A stretch of 64,000 nucleotides of DNA from Schmidtea polychroa (taxonomy: Eukaryota): NCBI GenBank assembly GCA_044892525.1, contig CM097886.1, positions 1,178,001-1,242,000 of the forward strand, read 5' to 3'. The notes beneath the pieces were generated by a model. That model was not told the origin of the DNA. It was given only the letters and a program-made list of their open reading frames with translations, and made no database searches. Made by a program: the position numbers and the translations under genes. Shown one piece after another: positions 51,501 through 64,000 of this stretch (the first letter of the stretch is position 1; each line of letters begins with the position of its first letter).

Positions 51501-54500
51501 GCAATAACAGCAATTCCGATGAATATCTATGGTATTATCTCGATCCGAGGCACAATGTCCAGGGTCCATTCCATGATGATCAGATGTTTCAATGGTGGTC
51601 CCAGGGGATTTATTTCCAGAATTCACTTTTAATGCGCAGGAAATGTGACATCGAATTCTCTACGCTTCGTAAGTCATTCGACACGACATTTGGATTTGAA
51701 ATCTTTCCATTGATCTATTTTTTACAGAAGACTACAGCAAACGGTTCAATGGAGTTCCATTCAATCGGAAAGATATCAGAATTCCACCATTAACAGAATC
51801 TTTGTCAATTAACCATGGAAACAATTTCGTTCCGTCAAAGCTGTTCAACAACGGTCAAATGCCAACTCATTCTCAAATGCATCTCAATTCTCAGATTAGT
51901 GAGCCATCTATGCTCTATCAGATGTTTTCCGGCGCTAGTAATTCCCACGTTGATGAGGTTGCCAAAATGTTACACAAGATCAACTTCACGAATCGGGTTC
52001 CGAATCAGCTCGATCAACCGCATATTATTCCTCCGATGCAGAACGGATCCGATCCTTACATGTACAATGATGTTTCTAGCAGTCTTTCATATGTAAAGCC
52101 ACAATTCAACAATCAGTTCCAACACGCTCCAGTTGACTGTAAATCGATACCGATGGAGTCATTTGTCAAGCAAGACCGAGTTCCTGGTCCTCCTTGGTGT
52201 CAGATCCCCCAGGCTCCGTTGATGGACAGCGTTTGGACCACTAAAAACCGGGACAGAATACCGTGAGATATTTATTTAATTAATTATCCATTCATAAATG
52301 ACAACGCAATCTACAATAATCATTGCACCGAGACAACAACATGTCCTCCGTTGCCATAGATATTATCATTCATTCATTATATAATTCCACCAATTTTCTG
52401 CCTTGCCTGCTATTGAATGCACATTTTATATTGATTCAGTGCCGCCGCCGCCGCCGCCGCCAATCACAATGCAGTCTGGTCTCAGTCCAACAGTGATTCG
52501 GTCAACAATGGCCAATCGATTCTCACTAACATTTTTCAAGAAAACACTAAAACGAAGTTATCGAGCGCGATGCACACAGACCCTCGCCAGTGCAATCCTA
52601 TGCAAGACAGCTGGGATAATCTTGATCCAGCAATAATCAAAATGGTACCGTCTGCCAATTCTCAGAATGTACAGAAAGATAACCTATTACCCAGACAGAG
52701 AACACCGCCGCCACCCCCGCCACCACAGTTGTCCTCGTCGATGACAGAAACTGCCACCAATCGATTCCATTCCGACAGCACAAAATCTGTATGGGCCGAA
52801 ATGGTCCGCAAAACGAATTACACCGCCAATTGTCAGAAATATAAATCGGGTTGCAACTCAGAAAATGAACTCTTTACCAATCATTCTATTTCACCCAATC
52901 AGCACAAAACATCTCTCACATCCAATAGCAGCGATGAGGTAATTGATTTTATTTCCTATAAGCCCAATTATCGATTTTATTATTAGCCATAGACTACTGT
53001 AGGAATACAATTGGCCACTGAACCGCTCCCGCTCCCGCTCCCACTCCCTTACACAATATATGGGTGCATGTCTAAGCAGTGTCACTACATTATTAATCGA
53101 TTAATTTATTGATAATACTCACTGATTTGATTTGGTTTTGACATTATTCTAAGGGGGGGGGGTACATGATAATAAATCAATATGGAAAATTGAATTTCTA
53201 CAATCGGCTTTCATTAAATATTTATATTTCATTCAATACTCAATAATTTTTATCGAAAATATTATAAAATTTACCGATAACACAAAATATGTCAAATTTT
53301 TATTTTTGATACTGGTTTTGGCATTAATAAAGTTATCTCTATACTAATTTGCCTAATCCTTAATATATGCTTAAAATGGTTACAAAGAGAAATGGTTCTG
53401 CTAAGCAAACACTAACATGAATAATTATCATAAAAAATGCCAATATTGCCGGAAATTGGTGAAATTATTTGATATATAAATATTACTATCAATTGGCACG
53501 AAATCACTTTTATTACTACCTAAAATGATTTCTGCGTTGATGCAGTTTAGGTACAAGCTATAAATAATCAATCTTGTGCCATTGAGCAATCCTTTGACAA
53601 ATACATCATCTTTCAGCTTCAATAAATGGGCTCATAATGGATGAAGGAATAAAATATGGGAAATCACTGGCATTATTGGATACCATAGAATAAAGTTCCA
53701 CTGTTTTATGGCTTAAATTCATCACATCAATATTTAATAATATTTAAATTGTTTCTGATATGTACAATAAGAAATATTGTTATTTAAAAACTGAAATCAT
53801 TGTGATAACGGAAATGATTATTTAAATTTGAATAAGCAAAAAAAGGTGTATTCAAAAAAGCGTCATATATATTTAGATAAATAAATCGATTCATAAATTA
53901 TTATCATATTAATTCGAGATAAATATAAAATTAATATTAATAAATAAATCGATTCATAAATTATTATCATATTAATTCGAGATAAATATAAAATTAATAT
54001 TAATAAATAAATCGATTCATAAATTATTATCATATTAATTCGAGATAAATATAAAATTAATATTAATAAATAAATCGATTCATAAATTATTATTGCATTA
54101 GGAAATAGATAAAGAAATTATTGTTATATTATTATTATTTGTAATAGAATTTTTGTAATAATAACGTCCTTATGCCACGAGTACAAATTTATTGATACTG
54201 TTAAATCAATGGACATTTCCACACTGTGGTTTTTGATGAAATCCTTTTTGATTTTGTCTCTATTTTTTTACTCCTACAGGAACTATGAAACATTTGACTT
54301 TCGCTGGATAAGAGATCATCATTCTGCCCTCTGTGAATCATACAAGCATTTTCTTGGTTAACTCAACAGACTTTCAATATTGTGCATCTTAACTTCGAAG
54401 TTATTATCTTTAATTTGAATCCAGTCATCTTTGGTTTTGTCTCTGAATAGCGTTTAATATTGATATATCAAATCAACCAATCGAAAATAACACCATAATG

Positions 54501-55985
54501 GGGCTTCTAATCCCTAAATTATTAAATTAAATCGATGAAAACATTGCATTTAAAGTTTCAAATAGATTAACTCGGTGAAATAATCATGATATTACGTCCT
54601 CGTTTATTAGTTCTCTTGTATGAATATTATTTCAATAGTAAATATTAATTGATAACCAATGTGTAATATATTAAACATTTAAACGAGACAAAGTTAAGTG
54701 AATTTGACAAGTGTACAATCATTATTTAGAACTCTGTAAATCTTATAATTCCAACGGAGTTTCAAGTGTTTGGTTTGGTTTCCCTACTCCAATTTAAAAT
54801 ATAAAATGAATCTTTACAACAACTTAATTATTTTGCACTTCAACACAGTTTAACTCAATGTTTCTCAACCTTTTTTGACCTATTTACACCTACAATCTTC
54901 CTGTGACCCCATTTTTACAAAAAAATAGATTCCAAAAATATATATATATATTTAAATTCAGATAAGAAGTACTTTGATTTTATTAAACCTACATCTTTCT
55001 ATTTGTATTAACTTTCTCATTTGTATATTTATTAATATTCAAATATAATTTATTATATCAATATCAATTTAATTTATCGATTTTTAATTTTCAAACAATA
55101 TATTTATCAATTTATAGTTTTGTCATAATTTAGATATTGCATTTTATTGTCTTCATATATTTTTTCAAAACTTAACCTTATTATGACCCCATACAGTTTG
55201 CTCTGAGCCCCAAATGTAGGTTATCCGACCTACATTTATTGGTTGAGAAACACTAATATGCTAATAGAAATAACAACAAATATCAAGTAAAAAACGAATA
55301 CTCGTAAAATTCAATGTCAAGGTCGCCAATGTGAAACATAAAGATTAAAATCTTATTGATTATTAAAAATCAAGCATTGATTAACCGTACAAATGAATTA
55401 TTGATTATTTGAATCTCGCATTATTGATTATTAAATAACCCCAAATAACGATAAATTAGAATAAATATTTATTTTTGGATTTCTCTCAAATCGCAAATAT
55501 TCGATTTGCATTTGCTGACTTATAGAAAAGTTATTGATTCAGAATGATCATCAATCCTTCGATCCATCCGATAAAGATTTAGAAACGCTGATTTTATGGA
55601 CCAAGAATTACCTGGAAAACAAGCCCGGTCTCAGTGGAGTTGATATTTCAACATTGGTTGAACTGTTGAGCTCTGTCGAATCACCTTATGAGGTTGTCCA
55701 TCGATTATTCTTCATTATTATCAATATTTATCGATTATTGATGATCTCCAGGTTGACGCGCTGATCCGAGAAAATGTCCCGGTGTTCGACAATATCGGCG
55801 AGTTCGTAAAGATGTTCCTTGAGAAGCGAAGGCCATTGCGACAGAAAATAGCCAATGATAATCAAAAGAAAAAGTCCAAATCTCCACCGAAAGCTGAAGA
55901 AAACACAAAATGGCAAGTTAAATCAAAAACTCAAGGCGGCTCATCAAAAAAGAAGAGGAAGAATAATAATAATAATAAGAACTGA
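48581..55985 (+). CDS. GIGYF: GIGYF-like GYF-domain protein (5' exons tentative)
   Basis: Confident exons: ~51441-51668 (GYF: LWYYLDPRHNVQGPFHDDQMFQWWSQGIYF), 51728-52262, 52440-52938, 55543-55692, 55752-55985 (C-terminal WTKNYL...VDISTLVELLSSVESPYEV|DALIRE...EFVKMFLEKR, as in GIGYF). Tentative 5' exons: 48581-48641, 48951-49237, ~51273-51391. Confidence 0.82.
50625..50753. repeat. Perfect palindrome: 63-bp arms, 3-nt loop
   Basis: 50625-50687 is the exact reverse complement of 50691-50753. Confidence 0.95.
53428..53660 (-). mobile_element. Helitron PIF1-like helicase remnant (GIGYF intron)
   Basis: KGLLNGTRLIIYSLYLNCINAEIILG matches the Helitron helicase motif GLCNGTRLxV. Confidence 0.65.
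53878..54093. repeat. 63-bp minisatellite, ~3.4 identical copies
   Basis: Unit ATAAATCGATTCATAAATTATTATC... starts at 53881, 53944, 54007 and 54070. Confidence 0.95.
54856..55255. mobile_element. Charlie-like hAT MITE
   Basis: CAATGTTTCTCAACC ... GGTTGAGAAACACTA termini. TSD not conserved. Confidence 0.55.
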
Positions 55986-57079
55986 AATTTGATTGTTTTT
56001 TATTAATTTTGGAAGTTGAGTGATGTTATTTGTGTTTTCTCGTTAACTAAATTTCGATGATGACTTTACTAATAGATATAATGGAGAGAGTAATCGAGTT
56101 CAGCTTTCTATCGGAATTTATAACCCCCAGCTCGGGCACTTGATAATTATTCAAATCAAGGATTTTTAAATATAAGAAAAATTTGCCTATATATAAAATC
56201 ATAAAAATATGGTTTAACAATCAAATGTGTGTATGAACATAGCTTTTAATTCTGAAGGTTACAAAAAGACAAGAAAAATCAATGCTTAATATTTGATAAA
56301 GAAATTAAATGATAATTTTAGCCTTTTGTTTGCGAATAATATATTTTATAAAATTCAACAATTTCGACTTGTCAATTTTTTATTTGTATTAAATTATTCA
56401 CAACAAAAGGTTTAAATTATCAATTAATTGTTTAAAATTTAATTATTGCTGCTGCCACTTAGATAAAGCACTAGTGACATTCTTGCGGAAGACTAGTTAG
56501 GTACCTCTGATTTAATGAATTTTATTATCACAGTAAGTTTTTGTGGTCAGTAGAAATTTTGGTTTTTTCTTGGTTGCACTGCTGCAGATAATCGTCTTAA
56601 TGAAGACAACCGGTCATTGTGGCACAACACCATAATACTTCTGTCCACAAAATATCTAACTCACTTCTTAGTCTCAGTTTATATGAAAATTTGTTATCGA
56701 ATTTAAATATTTTGGTTCTATTAATCTTGAACAGTATTTTGATGAACTCAGTTTATTGCTGCGAGAACAAAGAGAAGAATCAATAGACGAGACTAAAACA
56801 AAAATCATTTGATCGCTTCACAGGCAGAACTACATTTTCGAGTGAAGCCTTACACTGGTAGTTTCACCTCTCAGATTCCACCAATGTGTTGGGGGTATTG
56901 GTTGGTGCCAATATTTAAAAGTTACCAATAAATTCTCTGACTTGATTCACAAAATAACAATTCTCAGACAATATAAATCTTTATTAAATATCACAATTGA
57001 TTACACGAATTATAACAATACGATCGATTCAATAGTAAAATGACCTGATTCAAAAGTTTGGTAAATTGAATTTCCTTTG

Positions 57080-59545
57080 CTTTGACTAGAATTTATTCAG
57101 TATACTTTAAACATTTCTTATTGAACTCAATTTGGACATTCTGCTCTTATATGGCCTTCTTCATGACATGCCCTACATCTAAACTTTGGCCTATCGTTTC
57201 TTTGGAATTCTTGATTATTAAAATTAATTGTTTGTTCGGATATTCTCGATTCTATTTTGGCTCGCTTAACGTATTTCTTCTAAGCATATTGTTATATCTG
57301 TGTAACATTGGTCTGGCTGGAATATCTACAGCTTTTTATATCATATCCGCGTATCTCGTTTCAGTTTCCACAACTGCCATCGATTCATTTAATTCTTTAA
57401 TTAATTTTTCGTGTTTTTAATTCTCTTTTTCATTTCGTTCACTGATTTATATTCATTTAATCTCAAATATTTTTTCAAATCTTGGTCTCCCACTGTATTG
57501 AATATGAAAATTTTTGAAGTTCATCATTTAACTCGTGTTTCAAAATTCGTTTTGATAATTTCTCAATTTTTTCGCAGAAATCATCCGCGGAATCATCTTC
57601 TTGTCTATAATCTAGCACTTCACTTAAGATTCATTGGTTTTTTGAAGGCTTCTATCAGTCTATTCATATAATCTTGTTTCTCATCGGTTGAATCATATTT
57701 TTTAATTGCATCTGTTGATAAAAAAGCTTTGAAAAATCTTCTTTTGAAGTCCTCAGCTATCAAAAAATCTTTCGGTTTCCTTGATGAAATCTTTAATATC
57801 GGGTACATCTCGAAATTTTCATGTGTTTGATAAAATTGGTTATCGTGAGTATCTGTGAGGCGACAAAATCCCTAAGGACAAAATTTTAAATCTGGATTAA
57901 AGTTGTGACTAAATTCCGAATTTTGTTTTGACAATATTTCATCGAAAATTTATTGACATTTCTCCAGTTTTTTTATTTAAATTTTTAGCTTTCAACAAAA
58001 TTAATATGGGTATAAAACTGTTCTATTAATTGCACTATTTTTCATTATTTGAAAAGTCCGAAAAAAAATAAAGGAACTTTCTTAAAAAAGTGAAAAATCT
58101 ACCAAAAAATTGTAGAAGAGCTTTGACATGAGCTCGAAGTTCTTCTGCAACAGAACGATGTATGCAACGCCACTATGAGCCGAAAGTCAAGCATCCTCCA
58201 AAATCAAAATCATTGACTTGTAAGTTATATATATGTGGAATTGAGTTTAGGTAAGTTTGGTGAGGTAGCTTTGGTTTTGGTTAGGTTATGTCGATTCCAA
58301 CAAAAGCTTTAATATCTTAATAGAATTGCACAATACATATAATGTTTTAAAGGTATGTACATCAATAATGAGGTTAGCGTACAATTTTTTTATATTTTAA
58401 AATTTTCATTTTCAGGTGTATTGATATTTAGGAGTTTTGACGTGTGTGGAAATTCGGAATATTGTCGTTTTTTTAAATTTACGATTTTGTCCTTAGAGAT
58501 TTTGTTGCCCAGCCATTTGTATCATATCGTTATTTACCTTACAAAAATTTATATTTAGTTTATTATTGAATCAAATTCACTGTAATGTTTAAATTTTTCT
58601 TAAGAAGATAAACTTTCTTTGACCTCAGGATGATAATAGCATACACTTTTCGACCCGAACTTTCTCAATGGGTTCGATCTTTTAATGAAGCTTGCGCACA
58701 TGTTACAATCGGAGTTATAGCGCTTCGAATCTTATACATGCTAGTCAAAAACTGAATTTAACCCAACGTAAAAGTAACATGATCAGAATAAGTCGGAAAA
58801 TAGCATGCAGACACAACATTATGTATAGTCAAACTAAAAACACAAATTAAATATAATTAAAAGAACATACGGAACACCAAAAGGATAAACAAAAAAGTAA
58901 AGTAAAATGAAACGGAAAGGAAGAAGTACTGCATGACACGAACTCAAACATAACGGATATAGCAGAAAGTTGAAATGAAAATGGAAAGAGATTTCCACAA
59001 AATACCATTAAAATGAATTATGAATCGAAATCATATTTGAAATTAGAAGAAAGACTAAAATATTGTAGGAAAATAGTGAAACCCAACATGGCCGCCATAA
59101 AACTAGTGTAAGTTAAGGAAAAAATAAGAAAGCATAAATTAAGTGATCAAAAAATTAAAATAAAATAACGGGAAAAATTAAAAGAAATAGGAATTACACA
59201 ATAAAATAATTAAAGTTGCATAGAATATTCTAGAAAATGCCCATATCCATTTTAGGGGCGAAAATAATTAAAAATATAAATTATAAAAAATGAAATTATA
59301 AATTATAAAAATGAAATCACCTTTGATCGTTAAAATTCAAGGCCCATAGCCACCATCCTAAGCCACAGATTAGCATATCACATAGTTCATTAAACGACGA
59401 GGAGTGGGTAGTTGCCACTACACCATTTGTTTGGAGTAATTTTTACTACGCCGTTTATCTGTGATTTCCTAATGGCCTGTGTGGACGATGGGTAGTGATA
59501 AGCGGTAACGAACTTAACGCCCGGGGAAATGAATTACTATTAACA
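57080..59545 (-). mobile_element. 5' portion of a Gypsy-type LTR retrotransposon: putative 5' LTR (59545-58701) and decayed gag
   Basis: CCHC knuckle CRACHEEGHIRAEC (57177-57136) at the end of a frameshifted helical ORF starting ~57830. The 845-bp segment is bounded by TGTTA...TAACA with no TSD, as expected for an LTR still attached to internal sequence. No clean PBS. Confidence 0.6.
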
Positions 59546-59579
59546 AGTTCATCATTATGGTGGACCTGTTTAACGACGA

Positions 59580-60020
59580 TATCCTGGCCTTCACATATTC
59601 AGATTTTTTTCAGAAACATCTGTCTGATACTGTGCTTTCTCTGAGTTCTCAATGTTTTCAACATTATCACCAACATGCTCTGAAATAGGTGGTTGATAGC
59701 CACCATCTTCTGATTCTCCAGATTTAGGTTCTTTCTTCTTGGCTTTCTTTAAAAATCTAGCATGTAATGTACTTGATTTTTTGGCTCCCAGTTTCCTTTT
59801 GCGACAAAATCTCTTAAAAAAGACAGTGCCGAAAAATTGTGATTATCAAAAAACATTGACAAAAATATTATTTGAAATAATATTCATATTTGCCAAAATA
59901 GTTTATTGCAGATTATCACTGTTGATTTATTACCCTTATTCGCTTATTATAATTTAACATTCATGCCTCATTTCAGCGTCCTGGGACACATGTCCTCTAT
60001 TGGCCCTAGCTACGCCTCTG
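59580..60020 (-). mobile_element. hAT 5' fragment
   Basis: Minus-strand terminus CAGAGGCGTAGCTAGGGCC at 60020, followed by a K/E-rich decayed N-terminal ORF. Confidence 0.5.
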
Positions 60021-60329
60021 CATCACAATGAAAGATAAGAATCAAATAATTAGTGTACTCAAAATGAATTAAAATAAAAGCTGATCTGTCAAAAAAATTT
60101 TAATGGAATTTCAGAAATTTAACTTTTTCAATGGCCAAGCATATTAATTAATTATATTACCAATAAAGTATTCATTCTACACTATAAAGGTTATATCTCG
60201 ATAATATAACATTAATCGCTATAACAATTACAATAAAAACGCAATATCTACAACATAATAAAAAGTATAAAAATCAACAAGTGAAAATATTTTTTTTTAT
60301 TTTTCAATAATTAAAAAAACTTTTATAAA

Positions 60330-60658
60330 TCACTTGTTATTTTCTTCCAAAATTATAATTCTTTCTGCTTCTGTAGGCATTGTTGGATGTATTCCTTTCC
60401 ACAGACGCTCTTGTTTCACTTTATTCTTCATATACATTAACATAATCCAGTAAAATAAAATACATTAATTTTACCCAAAATCTTTTACATTCGTTATAAT
60501 TATCAAATTCATTACAACACTTTTCTTTGAAGTAATGATTTTTTTCTAAGCAATCCATTGACATTTTTCTTTCCTAATAATTATTTTAAAATAATGAACC
60601 TTGTAAAATAAATTATGACATCAACACATGGATCATCGTAGGCATAAGGATAAGACAT
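60330..60658 (-). CDS. CHCHD7: CHCHD7/COX23 twin CX9C mitochondrial protein, 77 aa, 3 exons
   Basis: Exons 60658-60620, 60573-60475, 60425-60330 (46- and 49-nt introns). Protein MSYPYAYDDPCVDERKMSMDCLEKNHYFKEKCCNEFDNYNECKRFWNKVKQERLWKGIHPTMPTEAERIIILEENNK*. Two CX9C motifs plus the CHCHD7 RFW and PxMPTxxER motifs. Confidence 0.88.
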
Positions 60659-61295
60659 AGTTTTACAATGTGTAAAACTGTAAATATATTTCAAAATATT
60701 ATTTTTCGAATTCCTTTATTTATTTTAAGTCTATTTATTTTAAATTTAAGATTTAGACTGACACATTTGGAATTTTAAAACAACCTTTGTAATTATTTTA
60801 AAAATGAAAAAAATTATAATTAATTTTTCAGTCATTTCTATATTTTCTGGAATACATTTTTCCGATTGTTAACATATATTTNNNNNNNNNNNNNNNNNNN
60901 NNNNNNNNNNNNNNNNNNNNNNNNNNNNNNNNNNNNNNNNNNNNNNNNNNNNNNNNNNNNNNNNNNNNNNNNNNNNNNNNNNNNNNNNNNNNNNNNNNNN
61001 NNNNNNNNNNNNNNNNNNNNNNNNNNNNNNNNNNNNNNNNNNNNNNNNNNNNNNNNNNNNNNNNNNNNNTTAGTAAAATAAAAATTGTTATTTTTATTTA
61101 TTTATTAAAATAACAATTAACTTAAATTCAAACTTTAAAATCATGAATTTCTTTAAATAATGCTAAATAATTATTATTGTTTACGGTAATAATTCAAGGT
61201 TATAGATTTTTCAATTATTTTGTGAACTTGTTATTTATGATTATTTTGTAATAAGGTTAAAAAATATCTTGTTATTTACCAATAAAAGCATATAA

Positions 61296-63691
61296 ATGAT
61301 TTCGTTTCATTTTTTAATAATTATTTTGGGATATATACTAGTAGTTCCTGGAGATTGTGGTAAGTATTTTGGATTTTAAAGGAAATATATAATAATTTTT
61401 TAGTTTATTATCCCCCAAGTTTTGTCTATCAACCAAATAAAGATGAAGTTTATTATAACTTAGAAGCGTTAATGCTGCGATGTGTAGCAACAGGAAACCC
61501 TTCTCCAACGTAAAATTCCAAAATATAAAAATATTTATTCTTCTTTGATAATTACAGATATACATGGTACAAAAATAATAAAAGATTTGATATGTCTATA
61601 AATGTCGGTCGCTATACTCGATGGCCTAATGAAGGAACATTAATCTTCGCACTTCCTAATGACGACGACGACGGTATTTATCAATGTGTTGCTTCAAACG
61701 ATTATGGAAAAGCATTTTCGGTTAAATCTAATGTAAGAAGAGCGGAAATCCAAAATTTCAAATCAAAAGATGTTGAAAAGCTGTCATTATACAATGGAGC
61801 GTCGGTTAAGTTACAATGTCAAGTTCCGGTGTCATTTCCGCCTCCGATTGTTGCATGGAATAAGGTAAAAAATGGAATTCCGGAATTATTGAAAGAAAGT
61901 AGTAAATACGTGACAGATATCGATGGTAATTATTAGTTTTAATTAAATATTTTGACTTTTAAAAATATATTTTTAGTTAATTTTTTGAATTCAATTGAGT
62001 TTCATGAGGGGGGGGGCTTAATTGATATTTTATTTATTATATTTGATTCATAATGTAAAATTTAAATGTATAAAAGTGAAATTGTTAGAGATTATGATGA
62101 CTAATTCTAGTATAAATTGAAAATTATTGACCTGATATCTTCATTGTAAGCTCATTTCCTGTTGCCATGAGATATAGCCAGAACGTCACAATTCCATCTC
62201 AAATTGGGGTTTCCCTTAATCCAATTAAGATTCTGTAAAATCGAAATATGTTATTTGCTACTGAATCAATGACCATTTTAATTGTTTTGTAACTATTAAT
62301 ATCACCCAATGTGGGGATGGGAAAGAACAAATACTCATTAATAAATGGTGCAATAAATCTGGGGCTAGGATCGAATGACTAAAATGATATTGTTCCAATA
62401 AAAAAATCATGAACAAAGATTTCCGATACGTAATTTACCAGGAATCCTCTCTAGATGTCACTGCTGATATTCTTGTGGCATCCTACAGTTGCTATCGGCA
62501 CTATCTATGCATATTATAATTTGTTAGTCACATAACTTTCTCAATCAGTATTTCCCTAAAGAAGTCATAGGCCCCTCCCCAAATGAGTCACAGTAAAAAT
62601 TAGAAATAAGAAATTTATAAACACACAATAGCCATGGAAACCTTGAATATAATCGCACGAAATATCATGCAATCCTCAATCATATGTTTTTGACACGTTA
62701 GACCAATCAATTATCTAGAGCAAATATGTCAAACTTGCGGCCCACTTCATATATCAGTACAAAAAAACAAAACAAAACTTAAAAATTAAATTTAAAGGAA
62801 GAACTCCAAATAGCGTGAATTGTAGAGATAAACCAAACAAATTTGTCTTAAAATTTTATTCTTTGTGCGATTCTGAATATCTAAATAACTTCACACTTGC
62901 TTGATTTTCAAATTTGTGGAGAAAAAGAAACATCGAATAACATGATAACTAGAATGATAAAACATTATGCAAACAAATATCATCACGAAATATATATATA
63001 TATATGTGTGTGTGCGTGTGCGTGTGCGTGTACCAGAAAAATATATTATGCTGCCCACATGATGTGCAATTATAGTAAATGTGGCCCTCTGTATAAACCG
63101 AGTTTGAGGTACTTCGTATTGTCAACATTGTCGGTTAATCAAGAAGGACCTCCTTATGTTCAGATAGAGTATATTGATGAAATCGATTGGTGGCTTGTCA
63201 ATATCCCAGAAAATGTATTGGGGGGGGGAGCTTATGACAATGGATTGGGCAAATGCTTACGCCACAATAGAAACCCGCGGTTGAAACCAATAATAAGCAA
63301 TATTTATGATTCTGCTACAAGTCGTGCTTCACCAGTTACATTTATCCTTGATTTATTCGCAATAATCTAATGAATATAGGAGCTGCAATATTCCAATTTA
63401 ATGGGCTAATTTTTAGGTAATCTCTATATAACCGGTATTTCAATGGATGATGATAGAGCTCAGTTTTCATGCACCGCATTCAATGAAAGGATGCGTATTA
63501 CCAAAACCGATCATCCATATGAGATTACTGTGATACCGAGTCAATCTAATATTGCAGTGTCAGAGTTGTTTCGTACGTTACAACCGATCAAAGGACGTAT
63601 AGGTGAGAAGCTTATATTGAGATGCATCATGGGAGGGAATCCGGCTCCCACTTATCAATGGAACGTAAAAGGACAAACTAGAAACATTCTT
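61296..63691 (+). CDS. Nrg: Neuroglian/L1CAM-family Ig cell adhesion molecule, first 4 exons (continues past window)
   Basis: Exons 61296-61359 (signal peptide), 61404-61509, 61558-61925, 63417-63691 join in phase. Ig1 PPSFVYQP...LRCVATGNPSPTYTWYKNNKRFD...GTL...DDGIYQCVASNDYGKA, Ig2 CQVPVSFPPPIVAW...DGNLYI, start of Ig3 LILRCIMGGNPAP. Confidence 0.85.
62721..62790 (+). mobile_element. Second end fragment of the 33670-34318 Charlie-group hAT family
   Basis: CAAATATGTCAAACTTGCGGCCCACTTCATATATCAGTACAAAA is a near-exact reverse complement of 34250-34318. Flanked by ATCTAGAG. Confidence 0.75.
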
Positions 63692-64000
63692 GTGAGTCGA
63701 TAATATATATTTTTTATTCCATAATTCATTTTATTGCATACAAATAGTAAAATCACTAAATAAAAGAAATTTCCTATAGCAATTTATGGGGATTTATTTT
63801 TACCTTATTTCCCATCGACCTTTATAAGATTTTCCTTTACCAAGAATGGCAACAAAAGGATTGCAACTATTTCAGTCATTTCAGATTGGCAGCTTGCAGT
63901 TAGGAAAGAACTTTATTCCCTTATTGTATCTGTGTTGTATCTGTCCATTTGGCACCCCACATTCCACAAATCATTGAAATACATTCTTTTAGGAACGCCC

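Noticed and set aside
28389-55985. Functional clustering of mex-3, GIGYF and Delta as a post-transcriptional/developmental module
   Set aside because: No evidence beyond proximity; needs synteny data.

Overview
AT-rich animal (invertebrate metazoan; species not determinable from sequence) nuclear DNA with four assembly gaps. By manual exon stitching I reconstruct six host genes: PRADC1 (-, 13994-3277, 5 exons, 190 aa), a mex-3-like double-KH gene (-, 30993-28389, 803 aa, no RING), a short Delta-like Notch ligand (-, ~42442-32651; MNNL-DSL-3xEGF-TM-PDZ motif), a GIGYF-like GYF gene (+, ~48581-55985), CHCHD7/COX23 (-, 60658-60330, absent from the ORF track) and the 5' part of neuroglian/L1CAM (+, from 61296, running off the window). 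Introns are either ~42-61 nt or multi-kb and packed with transposon relics (hAT, Sola-like, pogo/Tc1, Merlin, Academ-like, Helitron, Gypsy LTR). The most unusual region is 8.7-16.7 kb. PRADC1 intron 3 holds a decayed ALIX exon and an intronless co-oriented cassette: Gypsy integrase tail, then an env-like glycoprotein, then a DEDDh (REX4/ISG20-like) exonuclease. Just upstream of the PRADC1 ATG lies an LTR-like sequence carrying an antisense ORF, with an inverted paralogue nearby. No tRNA, rRNA or CRISPR array was recognised. All homology calls are by eye from motifs; no database search was run.
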